Part shown: piece after piece, positions 36,041 through 46,168 of the stretch
How the letters are laid out: each line of letters begins with the position of its first letter
How positions within the stretch are numbered: position 1 is the first letter of the stretch
DNA from: Candidatus Enterousia sp.
GTDB lineage: Bacteria > Pseudomonadota > Alphaproteobacteria > Rs-D84
Direction: 5' to 3'
Length of the DNA: 61,414 nucleotides
Assembly: GCA_045536625.1 (NCBI GenBank)
Contig: JAZSNY010000018.1
Span: 1 to 61,414 of the forward strand
Notes under the pieces: generated by a model
The model's input: only the letters and a program-made list of their open reading frames with translations
Databases searched by the model: none
What the model was told of the DNA's origin: nothing
Made by a program: the position numbers and the translations under genes

Positions 36041-36988
36041 TTAGAATCCGGCCGTTTTTAACCAGCGCACATCATTATCATAGAACTGACGAATATCGTT
36101 CAGACCATATTTTAACATTACCAATCTGTCCCAACCAAAACCAAAGGCAAAACCCTGGTATTCGTCTGGGTCAACGTTGCAATTACGCAATACATTTGGA
36201 TGAACCATGCCCGCACCCATAATTTCCAACCATTTGCCACCGCGCCATTTCATGTCTATTTCTATGGACGGGTCTGTAAACGGAAAGTACGATGGACGTA
36301 TACGCAATTCAATATTATCAATGCCAAAAAATCGCGATAAAAATGCACGAACGTCCGCGATTAAATCTGACATTGTTATGTTTTTGGCTATGTACAACCC
36401 TTCGATTTGATGGAACATTGGACTGTGTGTTGCGTCCATTTCTTTGCGGTATGTTGAACCTATGCCAAACATTTTAATGGGCACACCATCCATTTCCATT
36501 GCACGAATTTGAATTGCAGATGTTTGGGTACGCAATACATTGCCGTTTGGTAAAAAGAAACTGTCCTGCATGTCACGGGCGGGATGATGCATTGGTGTAT
36601 TTAACGCGGTAAAGTTATGCCAATCATCTTCGATTTCGGGTCCGGTGTACATTGTGTATCCGAACGATTCCAATATATGTGAAATTTCGGTCAGACCGTG
36701 TGTTAAAGGATGCAAAGTACCCGAATTTTCCGGCAATGGATTTAGCGATACATCCAACTTCTGTTTTTGCAGACCCGCCAATAATACCGCATTTTCAATT
36801 TCCATTTGGCGCGTTTTAAACAATTCGCGCAATTCGGTATTTTCGCGATTTAGTTCGGCACGTGCATCGTTATCCAAATCCTTCATTTGTTTTAAACGTG
36901 CGGTCATTGTGCCATTTTTACCAAAGGTCGCAGTATAAAGCGCCTGTAATTCTTCCAATGTATTTATATTTTTTATTTGTTCGTGCAT
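36041..36988 (-). CDS. pheS: Phenylalanyl-tRNA synthetase alpha subunit
   Basis: Class II motifs: HPARDMQDSFF, FRIRPSYFPFTDPS, GFAFGFGWDRL. Confidence 0.95.
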   Translation of the reverse strand: MHEQIKNINTLEELQALYTATFGKNGTMTARLKQMKDLDNDARAELNRENTELRELFKTRQMEIENAVLLAGLQKQKLDVSLNPLPENSGTLHPLTHGLTEISHILESFGYTMYTGPEIEDDWHNFTALNTPMHHPARDMQDSFFLPNGNVLRTQTSAIQIRAMEMDGVPIKMFGIGSTYRKEMDATHSPMFHQIEGLYIAKNITMSDLIADVRAFLSRFFGIDNIELRIRPSYFPFTDPSIEIDMKWRGGKWLEIMGAGMVHPNVLRNCNVDPDEYQGFAFGFGWDRLVMLKYGLNDIRQFYDNDVRWLKTAGF

Positions 36989-37070
36989 AATATTAACCCC
37001 AGATAAAAATTAAAAAGCCGTCATACGACGGCCTTGATTATTACAAAACAGATACCCCGCCGACAAGGTA

Positions 37071-37439
37071 TTATTTTCCTTCGGCGTTGATAAATCGTTT
37101 CGCTGTGTCAACCAATTTTGTGAAGTTTGCATCACCCGCATATGCCATTTCGGCCAATACCTTGCGGTCCAGGGCGACACCGGCCTTTTTCAAGCCGTTC
37201 ATAAACTGGCTGTAAGTCATACCATTTGCGCGCACAGCGGCATTGATACGAACAATCCACAAACCACGAAATTCACGTTTTTTAACGCGACGATCACGAT
37301 ATGCGTACTGTCCTGCCTTTTCCGTTTTTTCACGGGCGGCACGATATGTTGAATGATGACGGCCCAGGTATCCCTTGGCACGCGCCAAAATCTTGTTATG
37401 TTTTTGTTTTACGGTTGTTCCGCGTTTTACTCTTGCCAT
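37071..37439 (-). CDS. rplT: 50S ribosomal protein L20
   Basis: [18 protein letters not shown]...[22 protein letters not shown]. Confidence 0.97.
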   Translation of the reverse strand: MARVKRGTTVKQKHNKILARAKGYLGRHHSTYRAAREKTEKAGQYAYRDRRVKKREFRGLWIVRINAAVRANGMTYSQFMNGLKKAGVALDRKVLAEMAYAGDANFTKLVDTAKRFINAEGK

Positions 37440-37453
37440 GACGTGTTACCCCC

Positions 37454-37657
37454 TTATTTCAAACCATACGGTGCCAGGATTTTTGCCTGACCGACCATGT
37501 TTTCATTCAGATACTGTGGCTTTGCACCCGCTTTGTTTGCACGGGCAGACTTTTTACGCAACAGTTTCTTGTGAGAGTTACGTGCAACACGGATTTTGCC
37601 GGTCGCAGTCATAGACGCACGCTTTTTCAAGTACGACTTAGTCTTTAATTTTGGCAT
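37454..37657 (-). CDS. rpmI: 50S ribosomal protein L35
   Basis: MPKLKTKSYLKKRASMTATGKIRVARNSHKKLL. Confidence 0.95.
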   Translation of the reverse strand: MPKLKTKSYLKKRASMTATGKIRVARNSHKKLLRKKSARANKAGAKPQYLNENMVGQAKILAPYGLK

Positions 37658-37797
37658 TTTATATCCTCTTGTTCTATCTTAGATTTTACAGTCTGATGGC
37701 AATGCCTTGCCACTTTGACCGACTTTATTTTGGCATAAATAAAACAAAAATCAAGTTTTTATTGAATATCCGACTTTTTAGGATTAAAGTAGCACCG

Positions 37798-38622
37798 ATG
37801 AAACAAACAAAACTATCTTCCAAACTGTACCCGATAATTCGTGCCGTCGCCGCCAGTGCGGTTTTACCGGTACTGTTTATATATGTGATGATTGCCAAGC
37901 CTGATTATGCGATTATGAATGCTTTGTCACATGTGGTGGTACCGGTCGCACATTTTGTCGGTGATGTGGTTACTTGGCCAATTCGCGCAGTGGGGGGCGC
38001 AATTGATAATGTTGCGGAAATTTCAAACCTTCGTGCAGAAAATCAAGAGTTGCGAACAAGATTAGATGAAGCGTTGGCAAACAAGCATACATGTGACGTT
38101 GCAATTGCAGAAAATAAAAAATTAATCCGGGAATTAAATATCATAAGCGAACAACCACGTGATACAATTATTGCAGATGTTATCCGTGACAACAGCGTAT
38201 TGGGACATAATACATATATTATTAATCGTGGTGTACGTGATGGGGTTGGGGTTGGTATGGCGGTAACAAGTACAGATATGGTATTGACAGGAATTATTAT
38301 TGATGCGGCGGAAAATTTTGCCCGTGTACGCGCGTTAACAGATTCTGATACGAATATTGCCGTACGTGTCGCCGGGTCCGAAGTTTATGGTTTTATTACC
38401 GGCAATGGTTCTTCGCGACCAACAATTGGTTTTTTCAGCGACCCAGAATTTCAACCAACTTCGGGACTAAAATTAGTAACCAGTAATATTTCGGGGGTAC
38501 TGCCCGCAGGATTGATTGTCGGTGAATTACAGGACCAAACAGATGTTAATATTTTAAACCCTTTAAAACTATCGCGTGTTATGGTTTTAAAATTTGATAC
38601 ACCGAAAAATGAATATAAATGA
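37798..38622 (+). CDS. mreC: Rod-shape protein MreC
   Basis: N-terminal TM segment, coiled-coil ENQELRTRLDE, and a beta-rich C-domain. Precedes mreD-mrdA-rodA. Start set at the ATG at 37798. Confidence 0.85.
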   Translation: MKQTKLSSKLYPIIRAVAASAVLPVLFIYVMIAKPDYAIMNALSHVVVPVAHFVGDVVTWPIRAVGGAIDNVAEISNLRAENQELRTRLDEALANKHTCDVAIAENKKLIRELNIISEQPRDTIIADVIRDNSVLGHNTYIINRGVRDGVGVGMAVTSTDMVLTGIIIDAAENFARVRALTDSDTNIAVRVAGSEVYGFITGNGSSRPTIGFFSDPEFQPTSGLKLVTSNISGVLPAGLIVGELQDQTDVNILNPLKLSRVMVLKFDTPKNEYK

Positions 38623-39074
38623 AAAAAAATGCAATTGATTTTTTACGTATCTTGTTCCCGTTTTTGTTAACAATCGGGCTGTGGCGATTGTCAGTACCTT
38701 TTTGGAACCCCGGAGGAATAATGGCCATTATTCCAATATTTTTTTGTTCTTTTGTGTTACCGGTACGTTGGTTTGGATTTTTTTCAATATTGATGTGTTT
38801 GTGTTTGGATTATAATTTTGAAACTGTGTGTTTTTGGATTGCAATATATTGTTTGTTTTACGCAGTAAATGGATTTCAGAATTTTATAGATTTAACGCGT
38901 ATGGATAAAAATGGACTGACGGCTTTTATGGTCATGTTTGGGGCAGCAATTTTATTCCAAGTGTTGGGAAGTTTTTCGGCCGTCAGTTTTTTGCGTGGAA
39001 TTTGGATGTTTGTTTGGGTGTGCGCGATGTATATGCCAATAACACTGTTGATTCAAAGGATGCGTAATGATTGA
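38619..39074 (+). CDS. mreD: Rod-shape protein MreD (called by position and topology)
   Basis: 151-aa polytopic membrane protein between mreC and mrdA, overlapping both. Confidence 0.6.
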   Translation: MKKNAIDFLRILFPFLLTIGLWRLSVPFWNPGGIMAIIPIFFCSFVLPVRWFGFFSILMCLCLDYNFETVCFWIAIYCLFYAVNGFQNFIDLTRMDKNGLTAFMVMFGAAILFQVLGSFSAVSFLRGIWMFVWVCAMYMPITLLIQRMRND

Positions 39075-40833
39075 TAAAGAAGTTTCACGTACCTTTGACA
39101 GAAGAAGCGCGTTGTTCCTGGGGGCAGGGGCGGTGTTGACGTCTGTGTTAGTATTGCGTATGTTGCAAATGCAGCTGTTTAATTATCGGGATTATAAAAA
39201 GAAAAGCGAAAATAATTCATATCGTATTCAAATTGATATGCCAGAACGTGGAAAAATCCTGTCACGCAGTGGTGCACCTATTTCGCAAGACGCACCAACA
39301 TATCGTATATATATAATACCAGAAGAAGCACATGATATTGATGAATTAATAGAAATTGTTCGGGTGGAATTAAACCTTAAACAAAAAAAAGTTGATAAAA
39401 TTCGTACAAAAATAAAAAAACAGTTAAAATTCCAACCGGTATTGGTCAGTGAAAATACAAACTGGGGTAAATTGGCGAAATTACAAGCGAAAAATTTACC
39501 GGGGTTGCATGTAGAAAGCGGGTATACACGTGTGTATGAACTGGGGCCGGCTGGGGCACAGGTTTTTGGGTATATTGGCGACCCCGCAAAGCCTGTGCCA
39601 AACGCCCCATTTTTGACAACCGGTATAACGGGACTGGAAAAAAGATTTGATGACGATATGCGTGGCACGTCCGGACAAACCGTTATGATAACCAATGCCG
39701 TTGGACGAATAACCGGCGAAGATAAATCACAGTATGTTGCACCAATTATTGGTCAAAATATTCATACAACAATAAACGAAAATGCACAAAGGGTGATGTT
39801 TGATGCCCTGACACAACACAGATCGGGATGTGGTGTCGCATTAGATATTGATACCGGGGATATATTGGCGATGGTATCAACCCCCAGTTTTGATCCAAAT
39901 ATCTTCCGCCAAGATGATGGCGATGAATATATAGAAAGTCTGCGTACTGATATTGCAAAACCCTTTATGAATAAAGCAATAGAAGGCCTTTATCCACCGG
40001 GGTCTACGTTTAAAATAGTTGTTGCCCTGGCCGCGTTAGAGGCCGGCGCAATAAACCCACGTGAAAAGATTTTCTGTCCGGGATATTGGGATTATGGCGA
40101 CCGCAGATACCACTGTTGGGAGCACAAGGGTCACGGCAAGGTAGATTTGGCCGGGGCATTAAAACATTCATGCGATATATACTTTTATCAGGTGGCTTTA
40201 CGTATCGGAATTGATGCGATAAAAGAAATGGCGCTAAGGTTGGGATTTTCTGAAAAATATATGGGTGACGTTTTATCACGTGAAATGCCGGGGGTTATCC
40301 CCGATAGATATTGGAAAGAAAAAAATATCGGTTACAGGTGGGTACATGGGGATACCGTTATTTCCGGTATCGGTCAGGGATTTATTTTAACGAACTGTTT
40401 ACAATTGGCAACCATGATGGCACGAACGGTTTCAAATAAACGGGTTATACCGCGATTAATTAAGTCTGACGATAAACCGAATTTTGAAAGCATGAATTTA
40501 CAACAGAAAAATATTGATGCGGTGTTAAAGGGACTAGAAGAAGTTCTTAAAAAAGGTGGGACTGCGTCGGGTAGCGCGATTAATGTCAATGGTAAACGCA
40601 TGGGTGGAAAAACCGGAACATCCCAGGTACGCAGTATTTCAAAAAAAGAACGGGAAAGTGGCGTTCTGACCAATGAACAATTAAAGTGGCATATGCGAAA
40701 TCATGGTCTGTTTGTTGGATATGCGCCAACCGACAATCCAAAATATGCGGTTTGTATTGTTACGGAACATGCCGGGGGCAGTGGACCGGCCGCACGAACA
40801 TGCGCCGCAGTTATGAAGGAATTATTAAAATAA
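39067..40833 (+). CDS. mrdA: Penicillin-binding protein 2 (elongasome transpeptidase)
   Basis: STFK (PGSTFKIV), SxD/SCD (HSCD) and KTGT motifs. 588 aa. Confidence 0.92.
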   Translation: MIDKEVSRTFDRRSALFLGAGAVLTSVLVLRMLQMQLFNYRDYKKKSENNSYRIQIDMPERGKILSRSGAPISQDAPTYRIYIIPEEAHDIDELIEIVRVELNLKQKKVDKIRTKIKKQLKFQPVLVSENTNWGKLAKLQAKNLPGLHVESGYTRVYELGPAGAQVFGYIGDPAKPVPNAPFLTTGITGLEKRFDDDMRGTSGQTVMITNAVGRITGEDKSQYVAPIIGQNIHTTINENAQRVMFDALTQHRSGCGVALDIDTGDILAMVSTPSFDPNIFRQDDGDEYIESLRTDIAKPFMNKAIEGLYPPGSTFKIVVALAALEAGAINPREKIFCPGYWDYGDRRYHCWEHKGHGKVDLAGALKHSCDIYFYQVALRIGIDAIKEMALRLGFSEKYMGDVLSREMPGVIPDRYWKEKNIGYRWVHGDTVISGIGQGFILTNCLQLATMMARTVSNKRVIPRLIKSDDKPNFESMNLQQKNIDAVLKGLEEVLKKGGTASGSAINVNGKRMGGKTGTSQVRSISKKERESGVLTNEQLKWHMRNHGLFVGYAPTDNPKYAVCIVTEHAGGSGPAARTCAAVMKELLK

Positions 40834-40847
40834 GGAAACAGTAACAC

Positions 40848-41993
40848 ATGGCAAAGCAGACACGTGTATCAAATGCTAATATGATGACGTTCCCAGAAAA
40901 ACTGGGACGATTTTCATGGGGATTGTTTGTGCCGATGTGCATGGTGTTAACCATTTCTATTGTGGTTTTGTATTCGGCGGGGGGTGGTAATTGGAGACCT
41001 TTTGCATTGTCACAACTGATGAAAATTATCCTGGCGTTTGGTGTGTTTTTCTTTGCGGCATTCACAAATATAAAAACATGGATTAAGTCGGCATATCTGA
41101 TTTATGCAATTGCATTAATTATGATTATACTGGTGACATTTGTTGGACACACCGGTATGGGGGCACAAAGGTGGCTGAATCTGGGCTTTATTCATATTCA
41201 ACCATCAGAGTTAATTAAAATTGCACTTGTATTGGCGTTGGCGCGATATTTTGCATGGTTTAATTCTGTTGAATTGGGACAATTTAAAAACTATATCGCA
41301 CCAATATTGATGTTATTGGTGCCTTTTGGATTAATTGTGGCACAACCTGATTTGGGAACCGCTTTATCTTTGGGAATGATTACAGTTGGTATGTTCTATA
41401 TTGTTGGTGCAAATAAAAAATGGTTCATTATTGCGGCGATTTTGGGATTAATGGCGGCCCCCGCGATATGGTATGGTGGATTACATGATTATCAACGTGG
41501 ACGTATAATTACATTATTTAACCCAAACAGTGATTTACAAGGGGCCGGATATCAAATTAATCAGGCAAAAATCGCGTTTGGCAGTGGCGGAATGTTGGGG
41601 AAAGGATATATGCAAGGTTCACAATCACAACAGTCTTTTCTGCCGGAAAAACAGACGGATTTTATATTTACTATGTTGGGTGAAGAATTTGGTTTTATTG
41701 GGGCTTTTTGTTTATTGATGATTTATACATGGATTGTTGTAACACTGTTCTGGGTGGCAAAAAAGTGCCGTAACAGGTTTGGACAATTAATTTGTTTTGG
41801 TTTTATGTTGAACTTTTTTGTTTATTACTTTATAAATATTTCCATGGTTTTGGGATTACTGCCAACCGTTGGTGTACCGTTGCCGTTAATGTCTTTTGGT
41901 GGCAGCAGTTTATTATCACTGATGTTTGGATTTGGATTATGCCAAAACGCGTATATTCACAAAGACCAACAATTATCTGCAAAGGGGAGTTAG
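40848..41993 (+). CDS. rodA: SEDS glycosyltransferase RodA
   Basis: FtsW/RodA family: QPSELIKI, PEKQTDFIF, and 10 TM-like segments. Follows mrdA. Confidence 0.92.
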   Translation: MAKQTRVSNANMMTFPEKLGRFSWGLFVPMCMVLTISIVVLYSAGGGNWRPFALSQLMKIILAFGVFFFAAFTNIKTWIKSAYLIYAIALIMIILVTFVGHTGMGAQRWLNLGFIHIQPSELIKIALVLALARYFAWFNSVELGQFKNYIAPILMLLVPFGLIVAQPDLGTALSLGMITVGMFYIVGANKKWFIIAAILGLMAAPAIWYGGLHDYQRGRIITLFNPNSDLQGAGYQINQAKIAFGSGGMLGKGYMQGSQSQQSFLPEKQTDFIFTMLGEEFGFIGAFCLLMIYTWIVVTLFWVAKKCRNRFGQLICFGFMLNFFVYYFINISMVLGLLPTVGVPLPLMSFGGSSLLSLMFGFGLCQNAYIHKDQQLSAKGS

Positions 41994-41997
41994 GGAT

Positions 41998-44238
41998 ATG
42001 AATTTATTAATTGTGGAATCACCATCCAAGGCAAAAACAATAGAAAAATACCTGGGGTCAGGGTGGCGTGTTATTGCATCGGTTGGTCATGTGCGTGACC
42101 TGGTTCCTGAAAATGGCAGTGTGGATACAGAAAATAATTTTAAAATGAAATGGCAAATTATGCCCGGCAAAGAAAAACAAATAAAACTGATTACGGACGA
42201 ATTAAAAAAAGCAGATGCAGTTTATTTGGCAAGCGACCCTGACCGCGAGGGCGAGGCCATTGCATGGCACCTGTTGGATATTTTAAAGGCAAAAAAATTA
42301 TTAAAAGATAAAAAAGTTTATCGTGTGGCCTTTCATGAAATTACAAAAAAAGCCGTCCAGGCCGCAATCGAAGAACCACGTGAAATAGACAAGAATTTGG
42401 TGGATGCATACCTGGTGCGGCGTGCGTTGGATTACCTGATTGGTTTTGGAATCTCACCTTTGTTGTGGCGCAGAAATTTGGGCAAGTCCGCCGGACGTGT
42501 GCAATCGGTGGCGGTAAAATTGGTTGTTGACCGTGAAAAAGAAATCGAAAACTTTAAACCGGTGGAATATTGGTCACTGGAATCGATGTGTACGGCAAAT
42601 TCTGTGGATTTCAAGGCAATGCTTAATAAATTCAATGGTCAAAAAATTGAAAAAATGAGCATTGAAAACCAGGCACAGATTAACGATATTTTATCCGCAT
42701 TGGGTGAACCAAAAATTAATGCCACGGTTATTAACGTGGACAAGAAAAAAACCACGCGTAAACCGGCGGCACCATTTACAACCAGTACGCTGCAACAGGA
42801 AGCAGCACGTAAATTATACTTTGCATCAAAACGCACGATGAGTGCCGCACAGCACCTGTATGAACAGGGGTTGATTACATATATGCGTACGGACGCAACA
42901 AACCTGAACGCGGATGCAGTAAATGAAATACGTGGATTTATCGCACGTGAATATGGTGAAAAATTTGTACCCAAAACACCAAATATTTATGCAACAAAAT
43001 CCAAGAACGCCCAGGAAGCACACGAAGCAATTCGACCAACACACTTTGATGCGCCCGCAAAAAATTTAAGTGGCGACGAGGCAAAGTTATACGACCTGAT
43101 ATGGAAACGTACGATTGCGTGTCAAATGACATGTGCAGAATTTGATTCGGTTACCGCGGATATAGAAACACAAAACAAGGTTGCCGTCTTTCATGCCGTT
43201 GGTTCAACACGTACGTTTGACGGTTTTATGAAGGTCTATACCGAAGACAAAGATGACGAAGAAGATAAAAAAGAATCTAAATTGCCACCAATGAACGTTG
43301 GTGATAGTGTTGATATCACAGAACTGATACCGGAACAACATTTTACCCAGGCACCACCCAGATATACCGAAGCGTCCCTGGTTAAAAAATTGGAAGAATT
43401 GGGAATAGGGCGCCCTTCGACATACGCGACAATTATGTCCACGATTGTCGACCGCGCATATGTTGAACAGGATAAACAACGCCGTTTCCATCCAACAAAT
43501 GGCGGATGGGTTATTGCATCATACCTGAATAAATATTTTACCGATTTGGTTGATGTAAACTTTACCGCAAAAACAGAAGATACCCTGGACGATGTTTCAA
43601 ATGGTAAACAGGATAAAATTAGCGCATTGGAAAATTTCTGGAAACCAACAGATGCAATGATTGATGGTGCGCGCGGTATTAAAACATCCGAAATTATTGA
43701 TGAAATTAACGAATTTATGAACAAACATTTATTCCCCGATGGTAATGATAAGTGCCCAGATTGTGGCGCAAAGTTGGGTATAAAATTGTCTAAGTTTGGT
43801 CCATTTATTGGGTGTGAAAAATATCCGGATTGCAAATATACAAAACAACTGGGCAAGGTTGATGTAACCGCACAGGCCACAGAATCCGCCGTACAGAGCA
43901 CAAAATCAGATGCGGTTGAATTGGGTGATGGTATTGAATTTCGTGTTGGAAAATTTGGTCCGTATGTGACAGATGGTGGAAAAAATGTTGCGGCAAAACA
44001 ATATACATCTGAAACCATAACGTTGGAAATCGCACGTGATTTATTGGCGAATGCCGGTAAAAAGGCAGAACCAATAAAAATCGGTGAAAACCCAGAAACA
44101 AAGAAGATGATATTCTTTTATCCGACCGGACGATATGGGGCATATATATCTTCGAACCGTGTAAACGTTTCTGTTCGTGAACAGCCGGATCTAGAAACCG
44201 CAATCAAGTTAATTAATAACAAAACCAAGAAGAAGTAA
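41998..44238 (+). CDS. topA: DNA topoisomerase I
   Basis: Toprim MNLLIVESPSKAKTIEKYLG, DPDREGEAI, active-site ITYMRTD, and C-terminal Zn-ribbon CPDCG. Start set at the ATG at 41998. Confidence 0.95.
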   Translation: MNLLIVESPSKAKTIEKYLGSGWRVIASVGHVRDLVPENGSVDTENNFKMKWQIMPGKEKQIKLITDELKKADAVYLASDPDREGEAIAWHLLDILKAKKLLKDKKVYRVAFHEITKKAVQAAIEEPREIDKNLVDAYLVRRALDYLIGFGISPLLWRRNLGKSAGRVQSVAVKLVVDREKEIENFKPVEYWSLESMCTANSVDFKAMLNKFNGQKIEKMSIENQAQINDILSALGEPKINATVINVDKKKTTRKPAAPFTTSTLQQEAARKLYFASKRTMSAAQHLYEQGLITYMRTDATNLNADAVNEIRGFIAREYGEKFVPKTPNIYATKSKNAQEAHEAIRPTHFDAPAKNLSGDEAKLYDLIWKRTIACQMTCAEFDSVTADIETQNKVAVFHAVGSTRTFDGFMKVYTEDKDDEEDKKESKLPPMNVGDSVDITELIPEQHFTQAPPRYTEASLVKKLEELGIGRPSTYATIMSTIVDRAYVEQDKQRRFHPTNGGWVIASYLNKYFTDLVDVNFTAKTEDTLDDVSNGKQDKISALENFWKPTDAMIDGARGIKTSEIIDEINEFMNKHLFPDGNDKCPDCGAKLGIKLSKFGPFIGCEKYPDCKYTKQLGKVDVTAQATESAVQSTKSDAVELGDGIEFRVGKFGPYVTDGGKNVAAKQYTSETITLEIARDLLANAGKKAEPIKIGENPETKKMIFFYPTGRYGAYISSNRVNVSVREQPDLETAIKLINNKTKKK

Positions 44239-45848
44239 TGGCAGGTTTGGACCGCAATTTTACAGACGAACTGCGTGCACGTTTATCGATACTGGACGTG
44301 GTGGGACGTGCGGTGCCACTGACCAAAAAGGGACAAAATTATTGGGGATGTTGTCCGTTTCACAATGAAAAAACCCCCAGTTTTTGTGTCAATGAAGAAA
44401 AGGGCATTTTTAAATGCTTTGGTTGCGGCGAAGGGGGCGATATTGTTTCCTTTACAATGAAGCGTAATAATTTGGATTTTCGCGCCGCCATCCAGGAATT
44501 GGCGGATATGGCGGGAATAAAAATGCCGGACTATAAACCGCGTGATCCAAATATTGTAAAACGTGAAGAACAGTTGTTTGATATATGTGAAAAAGCATGT
44601 CAGACATATATGGAAAAATTATTTACCCCCGATGGCGCACATGCGTTGGCATACGCACGTAATCGGGGATTTTCCGATGATGATATAAAAAAATATAGAT
44701 TGGGATACGCACCAAAAAATAATATAATTGCAAATAAATTTGCGGGGTCAAAATATCTGATTGATGCGGGACTGTGTCGTCGTGGTGAATTTGGCATGTA
44801 TGATTTTTTCCGTGATAAATTAATGTTTCCGATTTTTAATGCCAAGGGTAATGTTGTTGCGTTTTCGGGACGTTCCCTGGATGGGTCGGATCCAAAGTAT
44901 ATCAACACAGTTGATACAGATATTTTTCATAAACGCAGAACCATTTTTGGGTTTAACTTTGCACGCGAAGGTATTCACCGCGCAAACCGCAGCATTATCG
45001 TCGAAGGGCAAATAGATGCAATAAAAATGCAAATTGCGGGCTTTGCAGAAACGGTTGCGCCTTTGGGTACGGCCCTGACCGAAGACCATATATCGTTATT
45101 GTGTAAATCAAACAGAAACATAACTTTTTGTTTTGATGGGGATACAGCGGGCAGCAAGGCAGCCGCACGTGCATGTGGTATCATACTGCCGTTTATACGT
45201 GATACATCCGATGTTCGTTTTGCGTTTGTGACCGGTGGCAAGGACCCAGATGAAATACTTAAAAATGGCGGTATTGACGCCATGCGCAAGATTATTGATG
45301 ATGCGGTGCCACTGGTTGATTATATGTGGGAAATGGTTAACAATCAATTTCTGGTAAAAACACCGGGTGGACGTGCACAGGCAGAAAAATTTTTAAAAAA
45401 AGAATTAGAAAAAATCGCAGATCCTGATTTGAAATCAGAATTCGAAAAAGAATATAATTCGCGTAAATTTAATACGTGGCACAGGTGGAAAAAGACAGAT
45501 GTTGCCGCAAATATTAAGTTGCCGGACATTGATGCGATTACGAAAAATACCCTGGTTTATATTGTAAATAATTTTCCGGAATTGGCGGAAAGATATTTGG
45601 ATTTCCTGGGGTCATTGGGGGTGGATTTTGATGGCATGGTGGCTGATTTGAATATGGATGCGACCGCGGCAGAGAAATATATTGTGTCATTAAAATTGCA
45701 AAGATATTTGGAAAAATTAAGGGCACAAAAACGCGAATTTACAAATCAACTGTTGGCCGGGGATGAAACGGCGCGCGATGAAATACAACGCATTGATGAA
45801 GAGATAAAAAAATATAATGAAAAATTAGAAGTTTTGATTTCAATATAA
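44238..45848 (+). CDS. dnaG: DNA primase
   Basis: Zn finger CCPFHNEKTPSFCV...FKCFGCG, Toprim EGQIDA and DGDTAG. Confidence 0.95.
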   Translation: MAGLDRNFTDELRARLSILDVVGRAVPLTKKGQNYWGCCPFHNEKTPSFCVNEEKGIFKCFGCGEGGDIVSFTMKRNNLDFRAAIQELADMAGIKMPDYKPRDPNIVKREEQLFDICEKACQTYMEKLFTPDGAHALAYARNRGFSDDDIKKYRLGYAPKNNIIANKFAGSKYLIDAGLCRRGEFGMYDFFRDKLMFPIFNAKGNVVAFSGRSLDGSDPKYINTVDTDIFHKRRTIFGFNFAREGIHRANRSIIVEGQIDAIKMQIAGFAETVAPLGTALTEDHISLLCKSNRNITFCFDGDTAGSKAAARACGIILPFIRDTSDVRFAFVTGGKDPDEILKNGGIDAMRKIIDDAVPLVDYMWEMVNNQFLVKTPGGRAQAEKFLKKELEKIADPDLKSEFEKEYNSRKFNTWHRWKKTDVAANIKLPDIDAITKNTLVYIVNNFPELAERYLDFLGSLGVDFDGMVADLNMDATAAEKYIVSLKLQRYLEKLRAQKREFTNQLLAGDETARDEIQRIDEEIKKYNEKLEVLISI

Positions 45849-45918
45849 ACACCGGCTTTTTTGAACAAAATTATCAAAAAAGCCGGGAATTTTTAACATT
45901 TTTATTTGTTGTTGCGTT

Positions 45919-45944
45919 GGGGCCAAACAAACCGCGGGATAACA
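45919..45944. repeat. Single unit of the dispersed GC-rich repeat family
   Basis: GGGGCCAAACAAACCGCGGGATAACA, matching the core at 23757-23783 and 61057-61084. Confidence 0.5.
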
Positions 45945-46120
45945 ATGTTTTATTCACATAAAAAAAGAACCGATTTTTATCGGTTCTGAAAACGGGCCGT
46001 AACCTCTTGCAAAATAACTGCATTGTAGGCGTCCCCAAAAAGTATTGTTCTTTTATGTACGCCTCGTTCTTTTGTTACGAAACACTTGTTATTATAATTA
46101 TATCCATAAAAATTTTCAAC

Positions 46121-46152
46121 AAAAAAAACACCGGCGTTTGCCGGTGTTTTTT
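46121..46152. terminator. Stereotyped bidirectional terminator
   Basis: AAAAAAAA-CACCGGC-gttt-GCCGGTG-TTTTTT. Confidence 0.7.
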
Positions 46153-46168
46153 AACAATTTTATTTAAA

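Noticed and set aside
43236-44018. Long antisense or off-frame ORFs inside confident genes (for example 43236-44018 in topA, 16522-17040 in fabG, 30052-30585 in the surA-like gene, 4499-5017 in the integrase, 57500-57949 in the pilP-like gene, 39228-39695 in mrdA, 15909-16319 in fabD)
   Set aside because: They are shadow ORFs opposite or overlapping genes with clear family signatures. Their sequences are low-complexity or Cys/Arg-rich with no motifs.
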